From sequence record NC_007023.1: DNA of 64,000 nucleotides; one strand, written 5' to 3'. Below are positions 18,844 through 27,155 of the stretch, piece after piece. The DNA comes from Escherichia phage RB43. The notes beneath the pieces are model-generated. The model had not been told where the DNA came from. It ran no database searches and saw only the letters and a program-made list of their open reading frames with translations. The number at the start of each line of letters is the position of its first letter. Position 1 is the first letter of the stretch. The position numbers and the translations under genes are program-made.

Positions 18844-19125
18844 ATGCAGTTTCGTGAAAAGATGCTATATCATCCAGACGGACATTTTGAGCAAGTATTT
18901 GTTCCGATGTCTCCGGTTAAATTCAAAGAACCCTACGGCGTTACTTTTAAAGAGTGGAAATCAAACCTCCATAAAGACGACTACCGGAAGAAATTCAAAT
19001 TTAATGAATGCTACGTTGAAGATGATCCCTATGATCAGGACGTGTGCGGGGAAACAAACCCAATCATTGAACGAACACCGGAAGAACTTTACGAATCTGT
19101 AATAACCGCAGCATACGAAATTTAA
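18844..19125 (+). CDS. hypothetical protein (93 aa)
   Basis: ORF with GAGG RBS. Confidence 0.55.
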   Translation: MQFREKMLYHPDGHFEQVFVPMSPVKFKEPYGVTFKEWKSNLHKDDYRKKFKFNECYVEDDPYDQDVCGETNPIIERTPEELYESVITAAYEI

Positions 19126-19166
19126 TCAACAGGCTATCTTCGGATAGCCTTTTTTCTGGAGAAACT

Positions 19167-19733
19167 ATGCGCTATTTAAAATACGCAAGCTGGATCTTAC
19201 TGGTTCCGGTAGACATTATCACAGGTGTTCTTGCTATCCTGTTAGCCCCCTTTGTGGTTCCGTTCTATGATGAAAAAGTAGGACATCTGCCTAAAGGGTT
19301 CCGATGGATGGAAACCTATGATAACCCGATTGATGGTGACGGTGGACACATCGAACGCTGGAAAGATATTCGCAAATGGGGCGCTGTCGGTGTCTATGCT
19401 CAACGTGTGGCGTGGCTATGGCGTAACAAGGCGTATAACTTCGCGTATCATGTGTTGGGGCGTGAGTCTATATCACACACCTACTGGAAAGGAAACAAAC
19501 TGGTAGACAGCAGTTCAAGCGATCCTAAACATCATGGCTTCCTGGTGATGTGGAACGAATCTGCGTGGGGTGTATTCGGTTTCGTGCCGTGGCTACGTAT
19601 CCATAACATTCAATTCTGTCTGCGTGTCTATTGCGGGTGGAAACTGAAATCGGAAGTAAACAACCCAGACAACAAAGACCGTGTGATGCTGGCATTCCAC
19701 ATCAACCCGTTCCGGTTCTATAAAATCAAGTAA
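19167..19733 (+). CDS. membrane-anchored hypothetical protein (188 aa)
   Basis: N-terminal TM segment WILLVPVDIITGVLAILLAPFVV then Trp-rich soluble domain. Confidence 0.55.
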   Translation: MRYLKYASWILLVPVDIITGVLAILLAPFVVPFYDEKVGHLPKGFRWMETYDNPIDGDGGHIERWKDIRKWGAVGVYAQRVAWLWRNKAYNFAYHVLGRESISHTYWKGNKLVDSSSSDPKHHGFLVMWNESAWGVFGFVPWLRIHNIQFCLRVYCGWKLKSEVNNPDNKDRVMLAFHINPFRFYKIK

Positions 19734-19742
19734 AGGTAATAT

Positions 19743-20105
19743 ATGAAAGCGTATCAAATTTTAGAAGGTTTACATACTGGTACTATCTATCTGGAAGAAG
19801 GAAACGATGTTCGGATCGTAGTATCAAAAACTCTCGAAGTGGATTCAGTGATCGGAAAATCTCGCGTTGTACCATTCGCAAAACGTGAAGTTGATATTGA
19901 GTTTCAACCGACTGTTAAAGTTGAAGGTGGACAGCACCTAAACGTGAATGTGCTACGTCGCGAAACCCTGGAAGATGCTGTGAAACATCCTGAGAAGTAC
20001 CCACAGTTAACGATCCGCGTTTCAGGTTATGCAGTTCGCTTTAATGCACTGACTCCAGAACAACAGCGCGACGTTATCGCCAGAACCTTTACGGAAAGCA
20101 TGTAA
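19743..20105 (+). CDS. Autonomous glycyl-radical cofactor (GrcA/YfiD-like)
   Basis: C-terminal [58 protein letters not shown] with RVSGY glycyl-radical motif; closely resembles enterobacterial GrcA from memory. Confidence 0.8.
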   Translation: MKAYQILEGLHTGTIYLEEGNDVRIVVSKTLEVDSVIGKSRVVPFAKREVDIEFQPTVKVEGGQHLNVNVLRRETLEDAVKHPEKYPQLTIRVSGYAVRFNALTPEQQRDVIARTFTESM

Positions 20106-20329
20106 TGTCTATTGAAGATATCAAGGGGTATAAACCCCATACTGATGAAAAAATTACGATCGTGAATCGTATCAAAGCAGCAGAAAATGAACTGGGTGCT
20201 ATCCTGGATGATCTTGATAAACGATATTCAGGTGATTACGCCTGTTCAGATCTGGAATCACACACAGAAAAAGAACTTGATGAAATGCTCGAACGTACAC
20301 ATCAAATTCAATGGCAAAAGACCGACTGA
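20105..20329 (+). CDS. hypothetical acidic protein (74 aa)
   Basis: ORF overlapping GrcA-like stop (ATGTAATG context). Confidence 0.5.
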   Translation: MSIEDIKGYKPHTDEKITIVNRIKAAENELGAILDDLDKRYSGDYACSDLESHTEKELDEMLERTHQIQWQKTD

Positions 20330-20391
20330 AAGAAGCCTCTATGTGGGCGTGTCGTGCGGTGTTCCAGCCAGAAGAAAACTATTAAAATCAA

Positions 20392-20419
20392 GCCGTTGCC
20401 GAAAGGTGACGGCTTTTTT
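20392..20419 (+). terminator. Rho-independent terminator
   Basis: GCCGT...ACGGC hairpin followed by TTTTTT. Confidence 0.6.
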
Positions 20420-20440
20420 CGTTTATATCGAAAATAATGC

Positions 20441-20469
20441 TTGCGTTGAATCCGGCTTTCTTGTATCTT
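20441..20469 (+). promoter_or_regulatory. Conserved promoter cassette (TTGCGT-N17-TATCTT)
   Basis: Same -35/17-nt/-10 architecture as six other copies; spacer contains CCGGCTTT. Confidence 0.5.
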
Positions 20470-20487
20470 TAACCACGTAGGCAAGAC

Positions 20488-20545
20488 AACTTAACTTTGA
20501 GGATGACATTATGAACAACTTAACTTTGAGGATGACATTATGAAA
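20488..20545 (+). repeat. 29-bp tandem duplication spanning RBS and start codon
   Basis: AACTTAACTTTGAGGATGACATTATGAAC (20488-20516) repeated at 20517-20545 with one mismatch; first copy creates a 10-codon mini-ORF whose TGA overlaps the second ATG. Confidence 0.85.
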
Positions 20546-20829
20546 ACTTACAACATGAAAGACCTGGTTGCTTCAAAACTCGTCGTGAAGCCCGTGCGTA
20601 TGTTCTGGCGGCTGGTAAAAATACCTCTGCTGTAATCGACCTGGGTACTGATAAAGAGGTTGGTGCTCGTTGGGCCGCTGTTGTGGTTATCGCTGTCCCT
20701 GTTACCCCTGCTAAAACTCTGGTTCTGGGTGCTCGCAATAGCGAAACTTTGAACACCAGCACTTGCAATAACAGAGGAGTTCATAGTGTCAAAGTGTTCA
20801 AACGTCGCAGCATTGGTGCGAGGGCTTAA
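20540..20829 (+). CDS. hypothetical protein, apparently frameshifted (about 96 aa if one A is added to the AAAA run near 20575)
   Basis: ATG 20540 gives 31 codons; protein-like reading continues in the -1 frame to TAA 20827-20829 with no in-frame start of its own. Confidence 0.4.
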
Positions 20830-21038
20830 TGATGGTAAATTTCAAAGCAGGTGATCTTATTTCACCAAAGAACCGAGAATGCATTAAAGAGTTCCCATAT
20901 TGGGAAAATCTGGAGATTGTATCTTTCTGCTCTGATTTGTGTGAAGCGGTAGTACGTCAAAAGGATGGTTGGATGTGTAATCATTTTAACCTCGACCCAG
21001 AATTTGGTGAAGAGTTCGAAGTTGTTGGGAGTGTATGA
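20829..21038 (+). CDS. hypothetical Cys-containing protein (69 aa)
   Basis: ATG overlapping upstream stop (TAATGATG). Confidence 0.5.
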   Translation: MMVNFKAGDLISPKNRECIKEFPYWENLEIVSFCSDLCEAVVRQKDGWMCNHFNLDPEFGEEFEVVGSV

Positions 21039-21039
21039 A

Positions 21040-21244
21040 ATGAGCAAAACCAAAGAATTAGAACAGAAAGTATTGGGGTTCATGAGTAACAGCGAAGATC
21101 GCTATGCGAAACACCTCATTGTTGAACTGATCACCGAGTACGCCGCCGTGACAAAGAGATAAAGATCTGAAAGATGAAAAGCGTGTGGTTCGCGAGGTTG
21201 TTGTAGAACCAGTTGAATACAACTTTGGCCCTGGTGGTGCATGA
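21040..21244 (+). CDS. hypothetical protein, apparently split at an AAA run near 21155 (about 67 aa if fused)
   Basis: ATG 21040; stop at 21160-21162 but protein-like reading continues in +1 frame to TGA 21242-21244. Confidence 0.4.
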
Positions 21245-21471
21245 TGCGATATGGTAAAAAAGACTATGTTCTTATAGTCGGTCAGCAATACGTAAAGCGT
21301 GATTTCTTCGGCGAACTGTTCCTTTCGAACAATCCTGAATTGATGTACTCATTCGAAACGGAAGAAGACGCGTATATTGCTAAGAACAACAGCAGAAATG
21401 CAGATATTCGTAACTTTGCTCGCGTATACGAGCGCAACACTTTAATAACTTACGAGGCATGTGATCAATGA
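21241..21471 (+). CDS. hypothetical protein (76 aa)
   Basis: ORF with ATGA overlaps on both sides. Confidence 0.5.
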   Translation: MMRYGKKDYVLIVGQQYVKRDFFGELFLSNNPELMYSFETEEDAYIAKNNSRNADIRNFARVYERNTLITYEACDQ

Positions 21472-21698
21472 AATACGTTTTAGAATATTGCGAACATGAG
21501 TTCACCGAAGACATGATGAACAAAATGCGGGTGTATAACCAAAATATTACCAGCATCACCCCTGTTACAGCTTGTCGTGAATTCGTGGGTTATTCGTTTA
21601 CGATTTACACAAATTCAGAAGATGACGCAACCGCATATCTGAAAAGCATTAATGCAATCTTCGACAAATTCGAAAAAGTATGGAAGGTAGGTTACTAA
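21468..21698 (+). CDS. hypothetical protein (76 aa)
   Basis: ORF MKYVLEYCEHEF... Confidence 0.5.
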   Translation: MKYVLEYCEHEFTEDMMNKMRVYNQNITSITPVTACREFVGYSFTIYTNSEDDATAYLKSINAIFDKFEKVWKVGY

Positions 21699-21861
21699 TG
21701 AATTTTATCAACGCAGCATACAAGAAATTTTCGACGCGCTGGAAGCCTGGAAGACACGCACAGACGTTTCTATCACTTCGGCATCCAACGGTACTACATA
21801 CGACCGTTACGACCCTTCTCGTGGCTTACACAAGCCGTATGAGACTAAGGAATCAAAATGA
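21698..21861 (+). CDS. hypothetical protein, apparently frameshifted near AAATTTT at about 21690-21710 (about 54 aa if fused)
   Basis: ATG 21698 (MNFINAAYKK) then protein-like -1 frame EIFDALEAWKTRTDVSITSASNGTTYDRYDPSRGLHKPYETKESK ending TGA 21859-21861. Confidence 0.35.
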
Positions 21862-22010
21862 AGTATTACGGGTTTAAAACGAGTCATTACGGTAAAGCGT
21901 ACCGAACTGATAACATCGATCGCAAACGTCCGTATTATGATTCTCTGGTACGTGCAGGTCGTAAACGTGCTCGCCAGGAAGGGAAGAAGGAAGGAGAAGA
22001 CCGTGGTTGA
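21858..22010 (+). CDS. small basic protein (50 aa)
   Basis: AAGGAA RBS before ATG 21858. Confidence 0.5.
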   Translation: MKYYGFKTSHYGKAYRTDNIDRKRPYYDSLVRAGRKRARQEGKKEGEDRG

Positions 22011-22155
22011 TAATTCAGATCTGAATGAAGCACTTCGTTCTATTACTGCGAATACTAAACCGAAAAAGAGAACAGGAGAAATCATCTTTTTATGTGTATG
22101 GTATTTTGTGTTTAGCTTTGTTGTTGGCGCTGCATTTGCGAAATGGTTCTTATAA
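22003..22155 (+). CDS. small membrane protein (about 50 aa, GTG start)
   Basis: AGGAGA RBS before GTG 22003; hydrophobic C-terminal helix IIFLCVWYFVFSFVVGAAFA. Confidence 0.4.
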   Translation: MVDNSDLNEALRSITANTKPKKRTGEIIFLCVWYFVFSFVVGAAFAKWFL

Positions 22156-22595
22156 TGGATATCGGATCAGGTAGTCAATACCCATCATGCGCATTGAGCA
22201 ACTTTGCACCGCATCCGTTTACATTCGACGGGGTAGAATGTGCATCAATGGAGGGCTTTTTACAAAGTCTGAAATTTAGCAATCCAGATATGCAAGCGCA
22301 TGTGTGTACTCTGGTCGGTAAAGCCGCGAAGTTCAAAGGCAAAAAGAAAAAATGGTGGACAACTCAAACCCTGTATTGGAAGGGTATTCCGATACATCGT
22401 GAATCCGAAGCCTATCAGATCCTTATCGAAAACGCGTACAATGCGTTGTTCCTGAATGAAGGGTTTCGCCGTGCGCTGAAAGCAACCGGAAAAAGTACCT
22501 TGACTCATTCAATGGGAAAGAATAAGATGAATGAAACGGTGCTCACTGAACGTGAGTTTGTGCGAAATTTAACCCGACTAAGGGATCTGTTATGA
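22143..22595 (+). CDS. NADAR-domain (YbiA-like) protein
   Basis: N-terminal NADAR signature LSNFAPHPFTFDGVECASMEGFLQSLKF; about 150 aa typical of the family. Confidence 0.7.
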   Translation: MVLIMDIGSGSQYPSCALSNFAPHPFTFDGVECASMEGFLQSLKFSNPDMQAHVCTLVGKAAKFKGKKKKWWTTQTLYWKGIPIHRESEAYQILIENAYNALFLNEGFRRALKATGKSTLTHSMGKNKMNETVLTEREFVRNLTRLRDLL

Positions 22596-22856
22596 GTGAA
22601 AAAGAAAGAGTAGAATGCGTGTTCCTGTTCAAAGGCGCGATTAATCCATTAGCGTTACTGTATGCACAACATGCATTACGTTCAACGTTGATTCAGAGTG
22701 TTATCTATAAAGGCAGGTGTGTATTATGTTACCATCGGCGCAAATAACATGGTTGTTATTGAATCCTATGTTAAGGAATGCGCATCAAACGGCGTTGTCT
22801 TTGATAAAGTCGATTTTGATGCTGGGGTAGATGCTGTTTATATGTATAAGGGTTGA
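22592..22856 (+). CDS. hypothetical protein, apparently split at an AAA run near 22709 (about 88 aa if fused)
   Basis: ATG 22592 overlapping NADAR stop; reading continues in +1 frame to TGA 22854-22856. Confidence 0.4.
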
Positions 22857-22857
22857 T

Positions 22858-23055
22858 ATGAGTTACGTAGTTTATTTTGATTGTTCGGATCTCGATCCGT
22901 TCGTTCTTCAACAGGCAAAGAAATATCATCAAGATGTCGTTGGCATTGGTGTAACAAATGATGATATGTTGTGCATCGAATTTGAATATTATCGGACATT
23001 TGAGCGTGAACAATTCCTGGGTGAATTGAATGCATTCAAAAGTACCCTTTCTTGA
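22858..23055 (+). CDS. hypothetical protein (65 aa)
   Basis: ATG 22858 (MSYVVYFDCSDLDPF...). Confidence 0.5.
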   Translation: MSYVVYFDCSDLDPFVLQQAKKYHQDVVGIGVTNDDMLCIEFEYYRTFEREQFLGELNAFKSTLS

Positions 23056-23073
23056 TCGTTATGAGGTTATATC

Positions 23074-23586
23074 TTGACAGAACTTGATGAACTCATTGAC
23101 AGTTTACGAATAGATTTCGAAGCTGGTAAGTGTTTCTGGGCTAAGAAGATAACCAAAAAGACTGTTGTTGGAGAAGAAGCGGGTTCCGTCCGTCCCGATG
23201 GTTATTGTAGAATCCGGTTCAAAGGAAAATATTACTACCGTCATCGAGTCATCTTTTATGCACGGAATAGGTTTCTTCCTGACGTTGTTGACCACATAAA
23301 AGAGGTTGACAATGGCGACGGTGTAGGTAATATTCAGGCAGCAACTCATCAACAGAATATGATGAAACAAAATATCAATTCGTTGAATAAATCTGGTTGC
23401 CCTGGTGTATCATGGGATACACAAAGAAACAAATGGCTTTCCACTATTAAAAAGGATGGAAAGAATATCTATATAGGTCGGTTTGCGTCTTATGATGACG
23501 CGGTTACTGCCCGAATTAACAAAGAAAAAGAACTATTTGGAAACTTTTATAATGAGCACAAACGCAAAGCCTGTAATTCTGACTGA
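23074..23586 (+). CDS. HNH homing endonuclease with C-terminal AP2 DNA-binding domain
   Basis: HNH motif region GYCRIRFKGKYYYRHRVIFYA...DHI...N...THQQN; AP2 domain GVSWDTQRNKWLSTIKKDGKNIYIGRFASYDDAVTARINKEKELFG; TTG start. Confidence 0.8.
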   Translation: MTELDELIDSLRIDFEAGKCFWAKKITKKTVVGEEAGSVRPDGYCRIRFKGKYYYRHRVIFYARNRFLPDVVDHIKEVDNGDGVGNIQAATHQQNMMKQNINSLNKSGCPGVSWDTQRNKWLSTIKKDGKNIYIGRFASYDDAVTARINKEKELFGNFYNEHKRKACNSD

Positions 23587-24181
23587 TATTGACGGGATCG
23601 CCGTAAAATGGCAGTCGGGGTTGCCGTTCTTTTTGTCTAAACACAATATGCCTACTGATATTGCTCTGGACATGGTCACCGATGAAAGATTTCGTGATAT
23701 GACCGAAATATTCGGGTGTGATCACCAACTGGCTAAAATCCTGATGGAAGAATATAACAACAGTTCGTTTATTCGCTATCTAAGCGCGTATGACGATGCG
23801 TTAGTTGTGATCAACCGTCTGAAAGCCAAATATGATTTCGTCGCTGTCACGGCGCTGGGAACCACTCCTACGGCAAGTCTGAACCGTATTGCAAACCTGA
23901 ACACATTGTTCCCGTCTGCATTTCGTGAAGTGATGGTCGTCGGGCATGGTGAAACAAAAACACATCGTTACCTGGAAGCGAAAGCCAAATACGGATCGCG
24001 GTTGGTTTGCTTTGTTGATGACCTTGCGGTAAACTTAAACGAGTGTCATAACGTTATCAGTCAGTTGCCGTTATTTCACATGTTGCGTGGTGAACGTGAA
24101 CAACCAAATGTTCCGCACAGTATCGTAAAATCATGGTTTGAAATTGAAGAGAAATTAGATGATCTTATCAATATTGAATGA
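23552..24181 (+). CDS. HAD-superfamily hydrolase (putative 5'-nucleotidase/phosphatase)
   Basis: N-terminal DxDG motif ILTDIDGIA; about 210 aa. Confidence 0.5.
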   Translation: MSTNAKPVILTDIDGIAVKWQSGLPFFLSKHNMPTDIALDMVTDERFRDMTEIFGCDHQLAKILMEEYNNSSFIRYLSAYDDALVVINRLKAKYDFVAVTALGTTPTASLNRIANLNTLFPSAFREVMVVGHGETKTHRYLEAKAKYGSRLVCFVDDLAVNLNECHNVISQLPLFHMLRGEREQPNVPHSIVKSWFEIEEKLDDLINIE

Positions 24182-25682
24182 ACTTGCATCGACTCTGAAA
24201 ACCTCAGAGAAGGAAGCAATTTTAAAACGTAATGCAAACAACCTATTGTTGAAAGAGATTTTCCGAATTACGTACACAAAACAGATTATGTTCTATGTGC
24301 GTAAGTTTCCCCAGGTGGACGGCAAACCAGGAACAACCCCGCTATCAAATGCAATCGCGGACCTGATGTCCGATTTAGCATCGCGGAAGTATACAGGTAA
24401 TGCAGCCCGCGATCGCCTGATGGATATTGTGTCATCAGTAAACGAGAACGATCGCGAAGTGTTGCGCCGTATCATTAACCGCGATCTTGAATGTGGTGCG
24501 GGTACAACTCTGCCAAACCGCGTATGGAAGAAACTTATTCCAGAACAGCCTCAATGCCTCGCTACGCCGTTTAGTGAAAAAGCCTTAAAACGTATTCGCT
24601 TCCCTGCTTACTCTCAGCTTAAAGCCGATGGTGCGCGTTGTATGTCGGATCTGTTAGAAGACCAGATTCGCAAAGCAACCCGCGCTGGAAATGAGTATAC
24701 AGGTTTGGTTGATCTGGATAAGGATTTGAAAAAGATCCGCGAATATCTGGGTTATGATGTTGTGCTGGATGGAGAATTGATTTATGTCCCTACTGAAAAA
24801 GCTGTTATCGAACCTGCAAGCGGGATTCCTTTTAGTCTTGCTGGGTTTATGGATGATGACGACGATGATATTTCTGGTCTTGTGGCAGATGTTCGACGGG
24901 AAACTACCGAGAACGAAACACTGGAAGAAGCGAAACGCGAAGAGGGCAACGGGATTGTAAACAAATCCCTGAAAGGCACTATTAGCGACGAAGAACAGCG
25001 CAACATTGTATATGTTGTCTGGGACATCATACCGTATGAAGTTTATTATGGCGATGCTCCGAGTGTTCAACCGTATTGCGATCGTTTGTCTATCCTGGAT
25101 GGTGCTCTGGCTGGTTCTGGGGTATCGTGTGTTAAGTTAATCCCTTCTCGCGTTGTGTATAACATTGCAGAAGCAAAACTGGATTACAACAACTATCGAA
25201 ATGACGGTAAAGAGGGTTCTATCCTGAAAAATACCGATTTCGTCTGGAAGGATTCACGCGTTGCGGACCAGGTTAAGTTGAAGAACAAAACCCCGATTGA
25301 ACTACGGATCATCGACGTATACGCGCATACCAAAGAACCCCATAAAGTAGGTGGTTTTGTGGTTGAAGACTTATCAGGCGAAGCCAGGACAAACACAGGT
25401 TCCGGTCTGACTGATACAGACTACCGCTATGATGAAGATGGTATTACGCGTGTGTATATCCCGTTAGAAGAACGCGGAGAACTGGATCGCGAATACATCA
25501 TGGCGAACAAAGATGACTATATCGGCGCTATCGTCGAAATGGAAGTTGACGGACTCCAGAAGTCTAAGACGCGTAAGAAGGGCGAACCTGAATACAGTTT
25601 CTTCTTACCAATCATCAAGAAGATTCGACGCGACAAGACCGAACCGGATGACATTCACGTTATCTTTGCAGATTTGTTTTAA
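24159..25682 (+). CDS. 30: ATP-dependent DNA ligase gp30
   Basis: MILSILNELAS...KADGARC (adenylation KxDG)...collinear with T4 DNA ligase; 507 aa. Confidence 0.92.
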   Translation: MILSILNELASTLKTSEKEAILKRNANNLLLKEIFRITYTKQIMFYVRKFPQVDGKPGTTPLSNAIADLMSDLASRKYTGNAARDRLMDIVSSVNENDREVLRRIINRDLECGAGTTLPNRVWKKLIPEQPQCLATPFSEKALKRIRFPAYSQLKADGARCMSDLLEDQIRKATRAGNEYTGLVDLDKDLKKIREYLGYDVVLDGELIYVPTEKAVIEPASGIPFSLAGFMDDDDDDISGLVADVRRETTENETLEEAKREEGNGIVNKSLKGTISDEEQRNIVYVVWDIIPYEVYYGDAPSVQPYCDRLSILDGALAGSGVSCVKLIPSRVVYNIAEAKLDYNNYRNDGKEGSILKNTDFVWKDSRVADQVKLKNKTPIELRIIDVYAHTKEPHKVGGFVVEDLSGEARTNTGSGLTDTDYRYDEDGITRVYIPLEERGELDREYIMANKDDYIGAIVEMEVDGLQKSKTRKKGEPEYSFFLPIIKKIRRDKTEPDDIHVIFADLF

Positions 25683-25708
25683 ATAGCACTTTTTGTTAAA
25701 GAAGCCCC

Positions 25709-25737
25709 TTGCGTAAGTGAGGGGCTTTTGTTATTGT
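25709..25737 (+). promoter_or_regulatory. Conserved promoter cassette (TTGCGT-N17-TATTGT) embedded in terminator hairpin
   Basis: CCCCTTGCGTAAGTGAGGGGCTTTTGTTATTGT followed by leader CATCGAAACGAAACAGACAAAAGGAAC. Confidence 0.55.
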
Positions 25738-25774
25738 ACACACATCGAAACGAAACAGACAAAAGGAACATCCC

Positions 25775-26044
25775 ATGAACATCAATAAAGAACTCGAAGG
25801 CAAAGTAATCAACCTGGCAGACCGTGCGCGGTTTGAAAAGCTGGCTAATGGTGGTGAATCTCTGGGTGATGCAGTAGCATTATTCGAAAGACTTCGTGTT
25901 AAACGTGTTGTAGATGGCTGGGTTATCGCTCTCCCTGTTGCAGACGAAGACAAAGCGGTTTACGATCCTGTTGCCGATTCATGGGATATTGAAATCTGTC
26001 TGGTTAATATTGAAGTAGAACTTTGCTTCGAGGAAGAAAAATAA
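25775..26044 (+). CDS. hypothetical acidic protein (89 aa)
   Basis: ORF downstream of conserved promoter/leader. Confidence 0.55.
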   Translation: MNINKELEGKVINLADRARFEKLANGGESLGDAVALFERLRVKRVVDGWVIALPVADEDKAVYDPVADSWDIEICLVNIEVELCFEEEK

Positions 26045-26057
26045 TTAATTAAACCAC

Positions 26058-26086
26058 TTGCACATCGCGAGGGGTTTTGATACATT
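26058..26086 (+). promoter_or_regulatory. Conserved promoter cassette (TTGCAC-N17-TACATT)
   Basis: TTGCACATCGCGAGGGGTTTTGATACATT followed by leader ATATCGAAACGAAAGGAG. Confidence 0.55.
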
Positions 26087-26115
26087 ACCCATATCGAAAC
26101 GAAAGGAGAAACATC

Positions 26116-26295
26116 ATGAAAGTTATGCACACTGCGAACCAACTTCAAAACGGCAACTACGCGATCCACGATGCTATCGGTGCGCTGGTTGGGGTTTATC
26201 TTCCTGGTAGCAAATACCTTGAAGTTAGTGGGAATACCTTTACTGATGTTGAAAACATCGAAGCAGCAATGGAAATCATTGGTGAACTGAAATGA
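26116..26295 (+). CDS. hypothetical protein (59 aa)
   Basis: ATG 26116 with AAAGGAG RBS. Confidence 0.55.
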   Translation: MKVMHTANQLQNGNYAIHDAIGALVGVYLPGSKYLEVSGNTFTDVENIEAAMEIIGELK

Positions 26296-26483
26296 GCAAG
26301 AAACTCGAAACATGGGAAACCATCAGCGAAGATCCGAATCTTCGTTGGTGTTGTGCGAAAACTGGTTTTGATGCTGCATGGGGTGCTACTCCAGAACAGG
26401 CGCGAGAAAACTGGGAACATCAGCAAATGTTCTTTGCGCATAAAACCCCATTCAATTATGACGGGAGTCACATAGCAGCATGA
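26292..26483 (+). CDS. hypothetical protein (63 aa)
   Basis: ORF with ATGA overlap. Confidence 0.45.
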   Translation: MSKKLETWETISEDPNLRWCCAKTGFDAAWGATPEQARENWEHQQMFFAHKTPFNYDGSHIAA

Positions 26484-26788
26484 AAGAGCTAAATCTATCA
26501 AAAGAAGAAGTTGAAAAGCGGATTGCCGAAGGACTTGAAGTGATCAAGTCTATCGACTGGGGAAAAGTGATTGATTCAATGCCTGATATCCCTGATACGA
26601 TTTGCCTTAATTGTGGGCGATCCGTAATGGTTGGAAAGTGCTGTGATAATCAGAATATCGTTATCATGGAAAGGAAAGAAGTTTCACCGGAAGTGTGGGA
26701 TCAGATTCAAGAAATCATCAAAAACCCACCAAAACCGACGAAACGTTTACGCGAACTTATGAGCAGGACACCACGTTATGAAAAATGA
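26480..26788 (+). CDS. hypothetical protein with CxxC...CC cysteine cluster (102 aa)
   Basis: ORF; ICLNCGRSVMVGKCCDN. Confidence 0.45.
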   Translation: MKELNLSKEEVEKRIAEGLEVIKSIDWGKVIDSMPDIPDTICLNCGRSVMVGKCCDNQNIVIMERKEVSPEVWDQIQEIIKNPPKPTKRLRELMSRTPRYEK

Positions 26789-27155
26789 ACCAAGCAAAAC
26801 TGTGCGCCTTATCCGTTGGGAAGGTAACGAACTCCGTTATGAAGACGGCGATCGTGAATTCGTTCATGAAATGCTGGCGCACAATCTGGGATTGAAAAAC
26901 GCTAACCTGGTGCAGATGCAGCAGACAGCAGATCCCGACACATGGCAATGTGTTATTGTCGAACTGAACCCTAACAAGGAATACACAGAAGATGAACTCT
27001 TTGTGCTTGTTCAGGACGTTCCAGCGCGTCAGAAATGCTTTATGATCGACATGCCACGGGAAAACTATGAGAACATCAAGAAAGCCCGTCAGAAGCCCAT
27101 ACACAACGTATTTGATTTGTTTATGGGCTATCATGAGGAACCGGAAACGGCCTAA
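26778..27155 (+). CDS. hypothetical protein (125 aa)
   Basis: ORF converging on gp27. Confidence 0.45.
   Translation: MKNEPSKTVRLIRWEGNELRYEDGDREFVHEMLAHNLGLKNANLVQMQQTADPDTWQCVIVELNPNKEYTEDELFVLVQDVPARQKCFMIDMPRENYENIKKARQKPIHNVFDLFMGYHEEPETA

Noticed and set aside
20538-20784. Minus-strand ORFs 20538-20768 and 20548-20784
   Set aside because: Ala/Arg/Thr-rich junk-like translations antisense to a protein-like plus-strand reading; no RBS context
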